A stretch of 64,000 bases of DNA from Betaproteobacteria bacterium (GTDB lineage Bacteria; Pseudomonadota; Gammaproteobacteria; Burkholderiales; SG8-39), in contig JAJDOG010000095.1 in assembly GCA_022340285.1 (NCBI GenBank), positions 30,678 through 94,677 on the forward strand. The letters run 5' to 3'. Shown here in pieces: positions 35,412 through 44,302 of the stretch. A program made the translations under genes and the position numbers. The notes below the pieces were generated by a model, which saw only the letters and a program-made list of their open reading frames with translations, ran no database searches and had not been told where the DNA came from. Each line of letters starts with the position of its first letter. The stretch's first letter is position 1.

Positions 35412-37118
35412 TCAGAGCTCTTCGGCGAGAATCATCTCGCTCATGCCCTTGCCGCCCGGGACCATCGGGAAGACGTTCTCGGTCTGATCGGTCAGGAAGT
35501 CGAGCAGCACGAGGTCGTCCTTGCGCTTGAAGGCTTCGCGCAGCGCGGGCTCCACGTCGGCCGGCTTTTCGACCTGCACGCCGATGTGACCGCAGGCCTC
35601 GGCCAGCTTCACGAAATCCGGCAGCGCATCCATGTACGACTCGGAATACCGGTTGCCGTGGAAGAACTGCTGCCATTGCCTGACCATGCCCATGTACCGG
35701 TTGTTCAGGTTCACGACCTTGATGGGCAGCCGATACTGCTTGCAGGTGGAAAGCTCCTGCATGCACATCATGAAGCTCGCTTCGCCCGTCACGCACGCAA
35801 CCGTTGCGCCCGGATTGGCGAGCTGCACGCCCATGGCGGCGGGAAGGCCGAAGCCCATCGTCCCCAGGCCACCGGAATTGATCCAGCGCCGCGGCTTGGC
35901 GAACTTGTAGAACTGCGCCGCCCACATCTGGTGCTGGCCGACATCGGAGGTGATGAACGCATCGCCGCCGGTCACTTCGTAGAGCTTCTCGATGACGTGC
36001 TGCGGCTTGATGATCTCGCTGGCGCGGTCGTAGCGCAGGCAGTCGCGCGCCCGCCAGAGCTCGATCTGCGCCCACCAGCTCTTGAGCGCCTGTGCGTCCA
36101 GCTTGGAGATCTGCGGCTCGAGTTGCCGGATCAGATCCTCCAGCACGTCGGGGACATGTCCGACGATCGGCACATCCACCCTGACCCGCTTGGAGATGGA
36201 CGACGGATCGATGTCGATGTGAACGATCTTGCGCGGCACCGAGCCGAAGTGGGCGGGGTTGCCGATGACGCGGTCGTCGAAGCGCGCGCCGACCGCTAGC
36301 AGCACGTCGCAGTGCTGCATCGCCATGTTCGCCTCGTAGGTGCCGTGCATGCCGAGCATGCCGATGAACTGCGGGTCCGTACCGGGATAGCCGCCCAGCC
36401 CCATCAACGTGTTCGTGACGGGAAAGCCGAGCAGCTTCATCAGCCTCAAGAGCTGCGGCGCCGCCTCGGACAGCACGACCCCGCCTCCCGTGTACACCAT
36501 CGGGCGCTGCGCCTCGAGGAGCAGCTGCGCGGCCTTCCTGATCTGGCCGGGGTGCCCCTTGATCACGGGGTTGTAGGACCGCATCGGAATCGAATCCGGG
36601 TACTCGAACTCGCACGTGGCGAGGGTGACATCCTTCGGAATGTCGACCAGCACCGGCCCGGGGCGCCCGGTCCGGGCGAGGTAGAAGGCCTTCTTGATCG
36701 TCGGCGCGAGCGCACGCACGTCCTTGACGAGGAAGTTGTGCTTGACGCACGGGCGCGTGATGCCGACCGCGTCGACTTCCTGGAAGGCATCCTGCCCGAT
36801 TGCGTGGGTCGGAACCTGGCCGGTGATGACGACCATCGGGATCGAGTCCATGTACGCCGTGGCGATTCCCGTCACCGCATTGGTGACGCCCGGTCCGGAC
36901 GTGACGAGGCATACGCCGGTCTTCTGGCTGGCGCGCGAGTAGCCGTCGGCGGCGTGCGCGGCGCCCTGCTCATGGCGAACGAGCACGTGCTTCACCTTGT
37001 CCTGCTTGAACAGCTCGTCGTAGATCACGAGCACGGCTCCGCCGGGGTAGCCGAACACGTACTCCACCCCCTCGGCCTGCAGGCACTTGATGACGATCTC
37101 TGCCCCGCTGATTTCCAT
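35412..37118 (-). CDS. ilvI: Acetolactate synthase large subunit
   Basis: FGYPGGA, RHEQGA, TSGPG, GMHG, SGGLGTMG, MVRQWQ; ATG at 37118. Confidence 0.96.
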   Translation of the reverse strand: MEISGAEIVIKCLQAEGVEYVFGYPGGAVLVIYDELFKQDKVKHVLVRHEQGAAHAADGYSRASQKTGVCLVTSGPGVTNAVTGIATAYMDSIPMVVITGQVPTHAIGQDAFQEVDAVGITRPCVKHNFLVKDVRALAPTIKKAFYLARTGRPGPVLVDIPKDVTLATCEFEYPDSIPMRSYNPVIKGHPGQIRKAAQLLLEAQRPMVYTGGGVVLSEAAPQLLRLMKLLGFPVTNTLMGLGGYPGTDPQFIGMLGMHGTYEANMAMQHCDVLLAVGARFDDRVIGNPAHFGSVPRKIVHIDIDPSSISKRVRVDVPIVGHVPDVLEDLIRQLEPQISKLDAQALKSWWAQIELWRARDCLRYDRASEIIKPQHVIEKLYEVTGGDAFITSDVGQHQMWAAQFYKFAKPRRWINSGGLGTMGFGLPAAMGVQLANPGATVACVTGEASFMMCMQELSTCKQYRLPIKVVNLNNRYMGMVRQWQQFFHGNRYSESYMDALPDFVKLAEACGHIGVQVEKPADVEPALREAFKRKDDLVLLDFLTDQTENVFPMVPGGKGMSEMILAEEL

Positions 37119-37365
37119 GCGATGAATGCCCAACAGATATTTAAGGGTTAACGGACGGCGAAAAGAACGGCGGAGGGCGCCGAAACTGTTGAATATATAA
37201 CGAAAACTATGAAGGGTACGGGGTCGTCGCCGTTTGGTCAAGCCGAGCGGCCGATGCGTCGGGCGCAGCGACGTGACCGCGTCCGGTGCGACCAGTTTGA
37301 TACCATCCGCCCGCAGTCATCCGGCACATTCCGCCGCGCGCAGGACCAAAAACGGGGCAAATCCC

Positions 37366-37932
37366 CTGGCATCGCGAACCGAGCTCTCCTCGTTTCTCGC
37401 CGGCGTCGAGCGGCGCGCCTACAAGCAGGCGCAGTACGCCGTGCGCGACCGCGAGGCCGCGCTCGACATCGTGCAGGATGCGATGCTGCGACTCGCGCAG
37501 AAGTACGGAACCCGGCCGGCCGAAGAGCTGCCGATGCTGTTCCAGCGCATCCTGCAGAACGCCATCCGCGATTTCTTCCGCAGGCAGAAGGTGAGGACCA
37601 CCTGGACCACCCTGCTTTCGGCCCTCTTCCCCAACCGCGGCGAAGACGATGCCGACCCGCTCGATGCGATCGCGGCCGACTCCCGATCGGCCCCGACCGA
37701 CGGCCCGCTCGAGGCGCTCGAGCAGGCCCAACTGATTGATTTGATTGACGTGGAGGTGAAACGACTCCCTGCACGTCAACGTCAGGCCTTCCTGCTTCGT
37801 TACTGGGAGGATCTGGACGTTGCCGAGACCGCGCTCGCTATGGGATGCTCGGAAGGTAGCGTCAAGACACATTGCTCGCGCGCGACGCACGCCCTGGCCG
37901 CCGCCCTCAAGGCCAAGGGCGTGGAGTTATGA
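37366..37932 (+). CDS. ECF RNA polymerase sigma factor
   Basis: ALDIVQDAM, LFQRILQN, LPARQRQAFLLRYWE, GSVKTHCSRA; start uncertain (CTG at 37366 inferred from family N-terminus). Confidence 0.85.
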   Translation: MASRTELSSFLAGVERRAYKQAQYAVRDREAALDIVQDAMLRLAQKYGTRPAEELPMLFQRILQNAIRDFFRRQKVRTTWTTLLSALFPNRGEDDADPLDAIAADSRSAPTDGPLEALEQAQLIDLIDVEVKRLPARQRQAFLLRYWEDLDVAETALAMGCSEGSVKTHCSRATHALAAALKAKGVEL

Positions 37933-38318
37933 ACGAACGGGAATTCAGCCGCAAGATCGTGCAGGCCCTTGACGCCGGGCCTGACCTGCCCGCGGAGGTC
38001 TTGGCGCGCCTCGCGGCAGCCCGCGCGCAGGCGATCGAGGCCCAGCGTCGCGTCGAACCCTCCCCCGCCTTGGCTATCGTGGACGGCATCGCGTCGCACC
38101 TGACCGGGCCGTCCCAGTGGTTCATGCACGTGCTGCTGCCCGCAATGCTCCTCATCGGCGGGCTGGTCAGCCTTCACTACTGGCAGGAAAGTCAGCAGAG
38201 CGCGGTCGCCGCCGCGGAAGCGGCGGAACTCGACGCGCGTCTGCTCAAGGGCGACCTGCCGATCGACGCCTATCTCGACCACGGATTCCAGGCATGGCTA
38301 AAGCGCTCGTCGGATTAG
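37929..38318 (+). CDS. DUF3619 family protein (putative anti-sigma, single TM)
   Basis: RLAAARAQA, TM segment, DARLL.GDLPIDAYLD.GF.AWL. Confidence 0.85.
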   Translation: MNEREFSRKIVQALDAGPDLPAEVLARLAAARAQAIEAQRRVEPSPALAIVDGIASHLTGPSQWFMHVLLPAMLLIGGLVSLHYWQESQQSAVAAAEAAELDARLLKGDLPIDAYLDHGFQAWLKRSSD

Positions 38319-38782
38319 CCGTCTGGCTGCTCGTCGCCGTCCCTGCGTTTTCCGCCGGCCCCGCCAAGAAGAATCCCACGTGGGAACAGCTCACCCCGCA
38401 GCAGCAAAAGATCCTCGCGCCGATTCAGCGTGAATGGAATCAGTTCGACGCCAAGCGCAAGCAGAAATGGCTGCGCATGGCCAAGCGCTACCCCAAGATG
38501 AGCAGCAGCGAGCAGGAGCGCCTCCAGCAGCGCATGAAGGAATGGGTGAGTCTCACGCCTGAGGAGCGTAGCGCAGCGCGTTCCCGTTTTCGAGAGTTCG
38601 AGCAACTCTCTCCCGAGCGCAAGGCGAGCGTGCGCCGCAAGTGGGAGCAATATCAACGCAAGCGCGCCGAAGAAGCGCGTGCGGCCGAAGCGGCGCGCAA
38701 TGCCGCCGCGAATCCGCAATCCGACCTCGGCACCGACTCGATCGCACCGGGATCCGAAGCGCTCGGTCTGCGCCCCCAGTAG
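38294..38782 (+). CDS. DUF3106 family protein
   Basis: WEQLTPQQQKILAP, W..LTPEER repeats; follows DUF3619. Confidence 0.85.
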   Translation: MAKALVGLAVWLLVAVPAFSAGPAKKNPTWEQLTPQQQKILAPIQREWNQFDAKRKQKWLRMAKRYPKMSSSEQERLQQRMKEWVSLTPEERSAARSRFREFEQLSPERKASVRRKWEQYQRKRAEEARAAEAARNAAANPQSDLGTDSIAPGSEALGLRPQ

Positions 38783-38792
38783 CCTAGCCTGC

Positions 38793-39332
38793 ATGGCTCT
38801 GGAGGGGAGGAAATCCCAGTCGTACGGGGTAGCGCGAGGTGCCGGCATTCTCCGACGACTTGCCGCGATGGTCTACGAGTCGGTCGTGGTTGCCGCCGTC
38901 CTGTTCATCGCCACGCTGCTCTTTCATGGCGCAGCGATCGAGCGGCTTGCGGGACTCTCGCGGGCGATCCTGCAGGTCTACCTCGTCACCGTGCTCGGAA
39001 TCTATTTTGTCTGGTTCTGGCAACGCGGGCAGACGCTGCCCATGAGGGCCTGGCGCCTGCGGCTGATCGGACGCGATGGAGGAAAGGTCTCCCCGGCGCG
39101 GGGGCTCGCGCGCTATCTCGTCGCCGCGATCACCCTCGGAACGAGCTTCGCTGCGGCTCTCTATCTGCGAGAGCATTCCGATTCGATCGTGGCCTGGATC
39201 GCACTCGCGCCCGGCGTGCTCAGCGTCGGCTGGGCGCTCGGGGATCCGGACCGCCAGTGCCTCTACGACCGCATCGCCGGCACGCGCCTCGTGCGCGCAG
39301 ACGTGCCACCCGCACAGGATGAAAAGCCCTGA
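38793..39332 (+). CDS. RDD family membrane protein
   Basis: RRLAAMVYE, GQTLPMRAWRL, LYDRIAGTRL. Confidence 0.88.
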   Translation: MALEGRKSQSYGVARGAGILRRLAAMVYESVVVAAVLFIATLLFHGAAIERLAGLSRAILQVYLVTVLGIYFVWFWQRGQTLPMRAWRLRLIGRDGGKVSPARGLARYLVAAITLGTSFAAALYLREHSDSIVAWIALAPGVLSVGWALGDPDRQCLYDRIAGTRLVRADVPPAQDEKP

Positions 39333-39370
39333 CAGATGTTTGCGGTTTTCAGTACAGCGGGAAGGAGGGT

Positions 39371-39452
39371 AACGGGAGGGAACCAGCCGGTTCCCTCCTG
39401 TTCGTCACGTTCCGGTTTTGCTCTTGAGGGAACCAGCCGGTTTCCCCCTGTT
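39371..39452. repeat. Pair of palindromic REP-like elements between convergent RDD and lptG
   Basis: GAGGGAACCAGCCGGTT at 39376 and 39426; first copy forms a 14-bp stem AACGGGAGGGAACC-AGCC-GGTTCCCTCCTGTT. Confidence 0.75.
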
Positions 39453-39478
39453 AGCAACCTTGCTCGAGGAGCGGCGCC

Positions 39479-40552
39479 TCAGCGGCGCTCCACCCACCAC
39501 ATCATTCCGATCGCCGCGAGCAGAAACAACAGGCTCGGCATGAGGGCGCTCACCAGCGGTGTCCACGTCTGCAAGACGCCGAGGGTCGTGCCGACGTTGT
39601 TGAGGAAGTGGAAGAGCACGCCCAGCATCACCCCGGCGAACAGCTTGACGCTTACACCGCCCGAGCGGGCGTGCACATAGGCGAACGGCAGGGCGAGCGC
39701 CATCATGATCAGCGTGGCGAAGGGATAGATGATCTTCTGCCAGAGCGCGATCTCCTGCCGGTCGGTGCGCTGCTGGTTCTTGGAGAGCAGGCGTATGTAC
39801 TGATAAAGATTCCAGGCCGACATCTTGTCCGGTCGCACCAGCAGCGCCGCCAGAATATCCGGCGTCAGCACGGATTTCCAGTCCTGCTCGGCCTGCTTGC
39901 TCACCGATGCGGTATCCCCCTCGAACTGCGTGCGCGTGACGTCGTAAAGGCGCCAGATGCTGTTCCCCTGGTAGTCCCCGCGGTCGGCCTCGCTGAGTGA
40001 GACCAGCCGAAGATCCGGATCGAACTCGAAGATTCGCACGCCACGCAGCGTGCTGTCCGGAAGCACGTCGCGGATGTTCACGAACCGCGCATCTGACTTC
40101 AGCCACACGCCGCTCTGCAGGCCCGACGAAACGGTCGAGCCGAGCCGTGCCATGCGCATTTCCTTTGCGGTGCGCTCGGCTGCCGGGGCCGCGAACTCGC
40201 CCGTGATGACGGTGAGAATCACGAAGGCCGATCCCACGCGCGCAAGCATCGCGGCCGCGTCCCGCGGTGAAAGCCCCGAGACACGCATCACGGTGTATTC
40301 GGAATTGGCCGCCATCGTCGAAAGCGCCACGAGCGTACCGACCAGCACAGCCACCGGAAAGAGCTCGTAGACGTGGCCGGGCATCGAAAGGGCCACGAAC
40401 TCGATGGCGTGACGCAGGCGGTAGCTCCCGGTGCCGAGCTCGTCGAGCTCGTTCACCATGTCGAAGAACGCGAACAGGGCGAGAAAAGCGATCATCGCGA
40501 ATGCGGTGGCCCGATAGATCTCGCGTGCGAAATATCCTCTCAGGGTGCTCAT
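39479..40552 (-). CDS. lptG: LPS export ABC transporter permease LptG
   Basis: NSEYTVMRVSG, GEFAAP, LWQKIIYPF; six-TM layout downstream of lptF. Confidence 0.93.
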   Translation of the reverse strand: MSTLRGYFAREIYRATAFAMIAFLALFAFFDMVNELDELGTGSYRLRHAIEFVALSMPGHVYELFPVAVLVGTLVALSTMAANSEYTVMRVSGLSPRDAAAMLARVGSAFVILTVITGEFAAPAAERTAKEMRMARLGSTVSSGLQSGVWLKSDARFVNIRDVLPDSTLRGVRIFEFDPDLRLVSLSEADRGDYQGNSIWRLYDVTRTQFEGDTASVSKQAEQDWKSVLTPDILAALLVRPDKMSAWNLYQYIRLLSKNQQRTDRQEIALWQKIIYPFATLIMMALALPFAYVHARSGGVSVKLFAGVMLGVLFHFLNNVGTTLGVLQTWTPLVSALMPSLLFLLAAIGMMWWVERR

Positions 40553-41631
40553 GTGCGGCGGCGCAGCCCGAAGCGCAACGTGGAGCGATGCCAGAAAAGC
40601 AACAGGGTCAGCCCGAGCATCGCGGCGTGCAGGACCCACCAGCCGAGAGCAAAGCTCAATCGGCCCTGCGCCACCCACGCCTGCATGATGCTGAGCAGAT
40701 TGCTGTACACGAGATACGCGAGAACGGCAAAAACGAGATTGAGCGAGCGGGTGGCGCGCGGGTTGACCGACGAGAGCGGAATCGCGAGCAATGCCAGGTT
40801 GAGCGCGACGAGCGGCAAACCGATGCGACCCATCAGTTCGGCCCGCCAGACCTTGTTATCGCGGGCGTGCACGAGCTCGAGCGTGGATACCGACCGCGGC
40901 CAGCGATATGCGCCGGACCGCTGCTTCGGCTGAATGAGCACCGCGTAGCGCTGGAACTCCATGACGCGGTATTCGGCTGTCCCGGGCACGCCCTCGTAGC
41001 GCCGGCCATCGACCAGAACTGCGTAGCGGTCGCCCTCAGCATTCGTCTCGATGTAGCCGCGGCGGCTCACGATGACGCCATCCCGGCCGTGCTGCTTGCC
41101 TGCGATAAACACATTCTCGACGGTCTGGCGCTCCGGGGACATGGACTCGATGAAGAAGACGGCCTTGCCCGATGGCGGCTCGCGGAACACGCCGGGCGCA
41201 ATCAGCGAGACGTCTTCCTGGTTCTCGAGGCGGTTTCGATACTCGTCGGCGCGCTCGTTGGCCCAGGGCGAAAGAACCAGAACGAGCACCGCGATCAGGA
41301 CGATGAGAGGACCGGCGAACATCATCACGGGCCGGATCCACGCAGCCGGCGACAACCCGACGCCCGACCAGATCACCATCTCCGAGTCTCGGTAGCTGCG
41401 CGACAGCCCCGCGAGCACGGACACGAACAGGGTGACCGCGAGCAGAATCGGGATATAGTTGAGCGCAGTGAATCCGACCAGCCCGAGGACCGCTTCCACG
41501 GGAATGCTGCCCCCCGCGGCCCGGCCGAGGAGCCGCACCAGCACCGAGGTCGCGGCAAGCGCGAGCAGCGCCGCAAAGACCGCCACGGCGTAGTTGCTGA
41601 TCTCGCGCAGCAGGGAACGCTGGTAAATCAC
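40549..41631 (-). CDS. lptF: LPS export ABC transporter permease LptF
   Basis: RSYRDSEMVIW..VG, PGVFRE, DGRRYEG, LAIPLS.VNPR; divergent from pepA. Confidence 0.93.
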   Translation of the reverse strand: MIYQRSLLREISNYAVAVFAALLALAATSVLVRLLGRAAGGSIPVEAVLGLVGFTALNYIPILLAVTLFVSVLAGLSRSYRDSEMVIWSGVGLSPAAWIRPVMMFAGPLIVLIAVLVLVLSPWANERADEYRNRLENQEDVSLIAPGVFREPPSGKAVFFIESMSPERQTVENVFIAGKQHGRDGVIVSRRGYIETNAEGDRYAVLVDGRRYEGVPGTAEYRVMEFQRYAVLIQPKQRSGAYRWPRSVSTLELVHARDNKVWRAELMGRIGLPLVALNLALLAIPLSSVNPRATRSLNLVFAVLAYLVYSNLLSIMQAWVAQGRLSFALGWWVLHAAMLGLTLLLFWHRSTLRFGLRRRT

Positions 41632-41861
41632 GGTCGGTCCGGCGCGGATCGGGGAGACGTGATCATCGCAGCGGATGTTGCGGAATCTGCCGCCGCTGCG
41701 ACGGCGCGAAGGGTCGTCTTCCTCCGCGCGGCGTCATCTCGACGCTTTGACGGCGGCGAAGCAAACCGAGGATAATCGCGCCGCACTCAGATGTTTGACG
41801 ACGTGCTTGACGACGTCCTTCACGATCACCAACGACCTCTCCCCATCGCACGGAGATTGCC

Positions 41862-43349
41862 TTGGAATTTAACATAAAAGCAGGAGCCCCCGATCGCCTG
41901 GCCTCGGGCTGCATCGCAGTGGGCGTCTTCGACAAGCGCCGGCTCGCGCCTGCCGCAGAGTCGCTCGATCGCGCGGCGCGCGGACACCTGCGCGACGTGC
42001 TGAAACGCGGTGACATGGACGGACGCGCGGGGACCGCGCGCCTGCTCCTGGACGCCCCGCACCTCGCGTGCGATCGCGTGCTGCTCGTCGGCCTCGGACG
42101 GGAAAGCGAATTCGGCGCCAAGCAGTATCGCGACGCGGTCAGGGGCGCGGTGAACGTGATCGCCGACACCGGCGCGCGCGATGCGCATCTGTGCTTTCCG
42201 GAGTTGCACATCGCGGGCAAGGACATGGTCTGGAAGCTCCGTCATGCCGCGATCGCGACCGCCGATGCGCTCTATCAGTTCGAGCAGATGAAGAGCAAGA
42301 AGAGCCCGGCGCGCAGATTGCGTTCCGTCACCTTCATGCAGCCGGGTCGCAGCCCGACCGGTGCGCGAGGCCTCGCTCAAGGCCGCGCCATCGCCGCCGG
42401 CATGGCGCTCGCGCGCGATCTCGGTAATCTGCCCGCCAATGTCTGCACGCCGACCTACCTTGCCGAACAGGCCGCGCAGCTCGGTAAATCGTGGAAGCTC
42501 GGCGTCCAGGTGCTGGAGCGTCGTGACATGGAGCGGCTCGGAATGGGCTCGCTGCTCTCCGTTGCGCGTGGATCGCGCCAGCCCCCCAAGCTGATCGTCC
42601 TGCGCTACAACGGCGCCGCAAAGCGCGACAAGCCCGTCGTGCTGGTGGGCAAGGGCATCACGTTCGATACCGGCGGAATCTCGCTCAAGCCGGCCGGCGA
42701 GATGGACGAGATGAAGTACGACATGTGCGGCGCCGCGAGCGTCCTCGGAACGCTGCGCGCCGTCGCCGAAATGAAGCTCGCCTGCAATGTGGTGGGCGTG
42801 ATCCCCGCGAGCGAAAACATGCCGGGCGGAGCGGCGACGCGACCCGGCGACATCGTCACCAGCATGTCGGGACAGACCGTGGAAATCCTCAACACGGATG
42901 CCGAAGGCCGGTTGATCCTGTGCGACGCCCTGACCTACGCGGAGCGTTTCAAGCCCCAGGCGGTGATCGACATCGCCACGCTGACCGGCGCCTGCGTGGT
43001 CGCGCTCGGCAACGTGGCGACCGGGTTGTTCAGCAACCAGGATACGCTCGCCGAAGAGCTGCTCGAGGCCGGCGCTGACGCGTGGGATCGCGCCTGGCAC
43101 CTGCCGCTCTGGGACGACTATCAGGAGCAGCTGAAGAGCCCGTTCGCGGATGTGGCGAACATCGGCGGCCGGCCGGCGGGCAGCGTGACGGCGGCTTGCT
43201 TCCTGTCCCGATTCGCGGAATCCTACAGGTGGGCGCATCTCGACATCGCCGGTACGGCCTGGGTGTCCGGAAAGAACAAGGGCGCGACCGGTCGGCCGGT
43301 GCCGATGCTTTCCACGTTCCTGATCGGTCGTTCCGGGAAACAGGATTGA
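41862..43349 (+). CDS. pepA: Leucyl aminopeptidase
   Basis: VGKGITFDTGG, MKYDMCG, NTDAEGRL, WAHLDIAG. Confidence 0.96.
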   Translation: MEFNIKAGAPDRLASGCIAVGVFDKRRLAPAAESLDRAARGHLRDVLKRGDMDGRAGTARLLLDAPHLACDRVLLVGLGRESEFGAKQYRDAVRGAVNVIADTGARDAHLCFPELHIAGKDMVWKLRHAAIATADALYQFEQMKSKKSPARRLRSVTFMQPGRSPTGARGLAQGRAIAAGMALARDLGNLPANVCTPTYLAEQAAQLGKSWKLGVQVLERRDMERLGMGSLLSVARGSRQPPKLIVLRYNGAAKRDKPVVLVGKGITFDTGGISLKPAGEMDEMKYDMCGAASVLGTLRAVAEMKLACNVVGVIPASENMPGGAATRPGDIVTSMSGQTVEILNTDAEGRLILCDALTYAERFKPQAVIDIATLTGACVVALGNVATGLFSNQDTLAEELLEAGADAWDRAWHLPLWDDYQEQLKSPFADVANIGGRPAGSVTAACFLSRFAESYRWAHLDIAGTAWVSGKNKGATGRPVPMLSTFLIGRSGKQD

Positions 43350-43774
43350 CGCGCATCGATTTCTATCACGACGCGGCGGACCGGCTTCAGGTCGCGTGTC
43401 GCCTGGCCGCGAAGGCGGCCCAGCAGAACCTGCGCGTCCTGATCTATGCCCCCGAGGCCGAGACGGCGCGGGCAATCGACCGGCTACTCTGGACCACCCC
43501 GCCGACCGGTTTCGTGCCGCATTGCATGACCCACGACCGGCTGGCGGCTGAAACACCCGTGCTGATCGCCGGGGACGCCGAAGCCGTGCCGCATGACGAA
43601 GTACTCGTAAACCTCAGCACCGAGCGACCGACGCACTTCGCGCGGTTCCAGCGCCTGGTCGAGATCGTGGGCCGGGAAGACGCCGACCGCGCCGCCGCCC
43701 GGGACCGATTCCGGTTCTATCGGGAGCGGGGCTATCAGATTTACACTCACGACCTGAGCCATGGCGACCGATGA
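43346..43774 (+). CDS. holC: DNA polymerase III chi subunit
   Basis: TRIDFY, ACRLAAKA, DRLLW....FVPH, ARDRFRFYRERG; TTG start overlapping the pepA stop. Confidence 0.93.
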   Translation: MTRIDFYHDAADRLQVACRLAAKAAQQNLRVLIYAPEAETARAIDRLLWTTPPTGFVPHCMTHDRLAAETPVLIAGDAEAVPHDEVLVNLSTERPTHFARFQRLVEIVGREDADRAAARDRFRFYRERGYQIYTHDLSHGDR

Positions 43775-44183
43775 CGACAGCGGCGACCTGCTGGGCCGCG
43801 CCGACGAAGTGCTCGGGAAGGCCGACGCGCTCCTGGCACGGCATCGCGCGAACAGCCCGCAACGCGGGCGGGAGCCCCCTCTCGACTTCCCGCTGCTCAC
43901 GGATGTCGTCTCGCAGGCGCCGCCCGACGCCGTGTCGAAGTCCCCGGAACCCGAGATCGACGTTGCCGCGCTCGAGCGTGACCTGCGGCTGCAGTTGCTT
44001 GACCTGCTCGGCCCCGAGCTCGAGCGTCTGGTCGAGGCGCGTGTGCATGGGCGAGTCGCCGCGAAGGTCGCGGAGGTCATGCAGCGTGCGGGCGCCGAAC
44101 TCGAGAGCGAAGTGCGCCGCGCCGTCCGCGAAGCGCTCTCCCAGGTCGTTCGGGACGAGATCGAGCGCCTGAAACAGGACTGA
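43761..44183 (+). CDS. Hypothetical coiled-coil protein (PopZ/DUF2486-like position after holC)
   Basis: FPLLTDVV motif and helical C-terminus; lies between holC and valS. Confidence 0.6.
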   Translation: MATDDDSGDLLGRADEVLGKADALLARHRANSPQRGREPPLDFPLLTDVVSQAPPDAVSKSPEPEIDVAALERDLRLQLLDLLGPELERLVEARVHGRVAAKVAEVMQRAGAELESEVRRAVREALSQVVRDEIERLKQD

Positions 44184-44302
44184 CCTGCGCGGCCAGCGTG
44201 GCCGGACGCGGGCCATTCCAGGGAAAACCTCGGCAAACCAGCGGGTTGCCACGCGGCATCGGCTATAATCCGCGGTTCCCCGCGCCTCCCTGCCCCGTCT
44301 AC

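Noticed and set aside
37119-37241. ilvI N-terminal extension or Ile/Val/Leu attenuator
   Set aside because: AT-rich divergent promoter region; no leader peptide rich in branched-chain residues and no terminator found
39361-39452. CRISPR mini-array
   Set aside because: Only two imperfect palindromic copies and no cas genes; treated as REP-like
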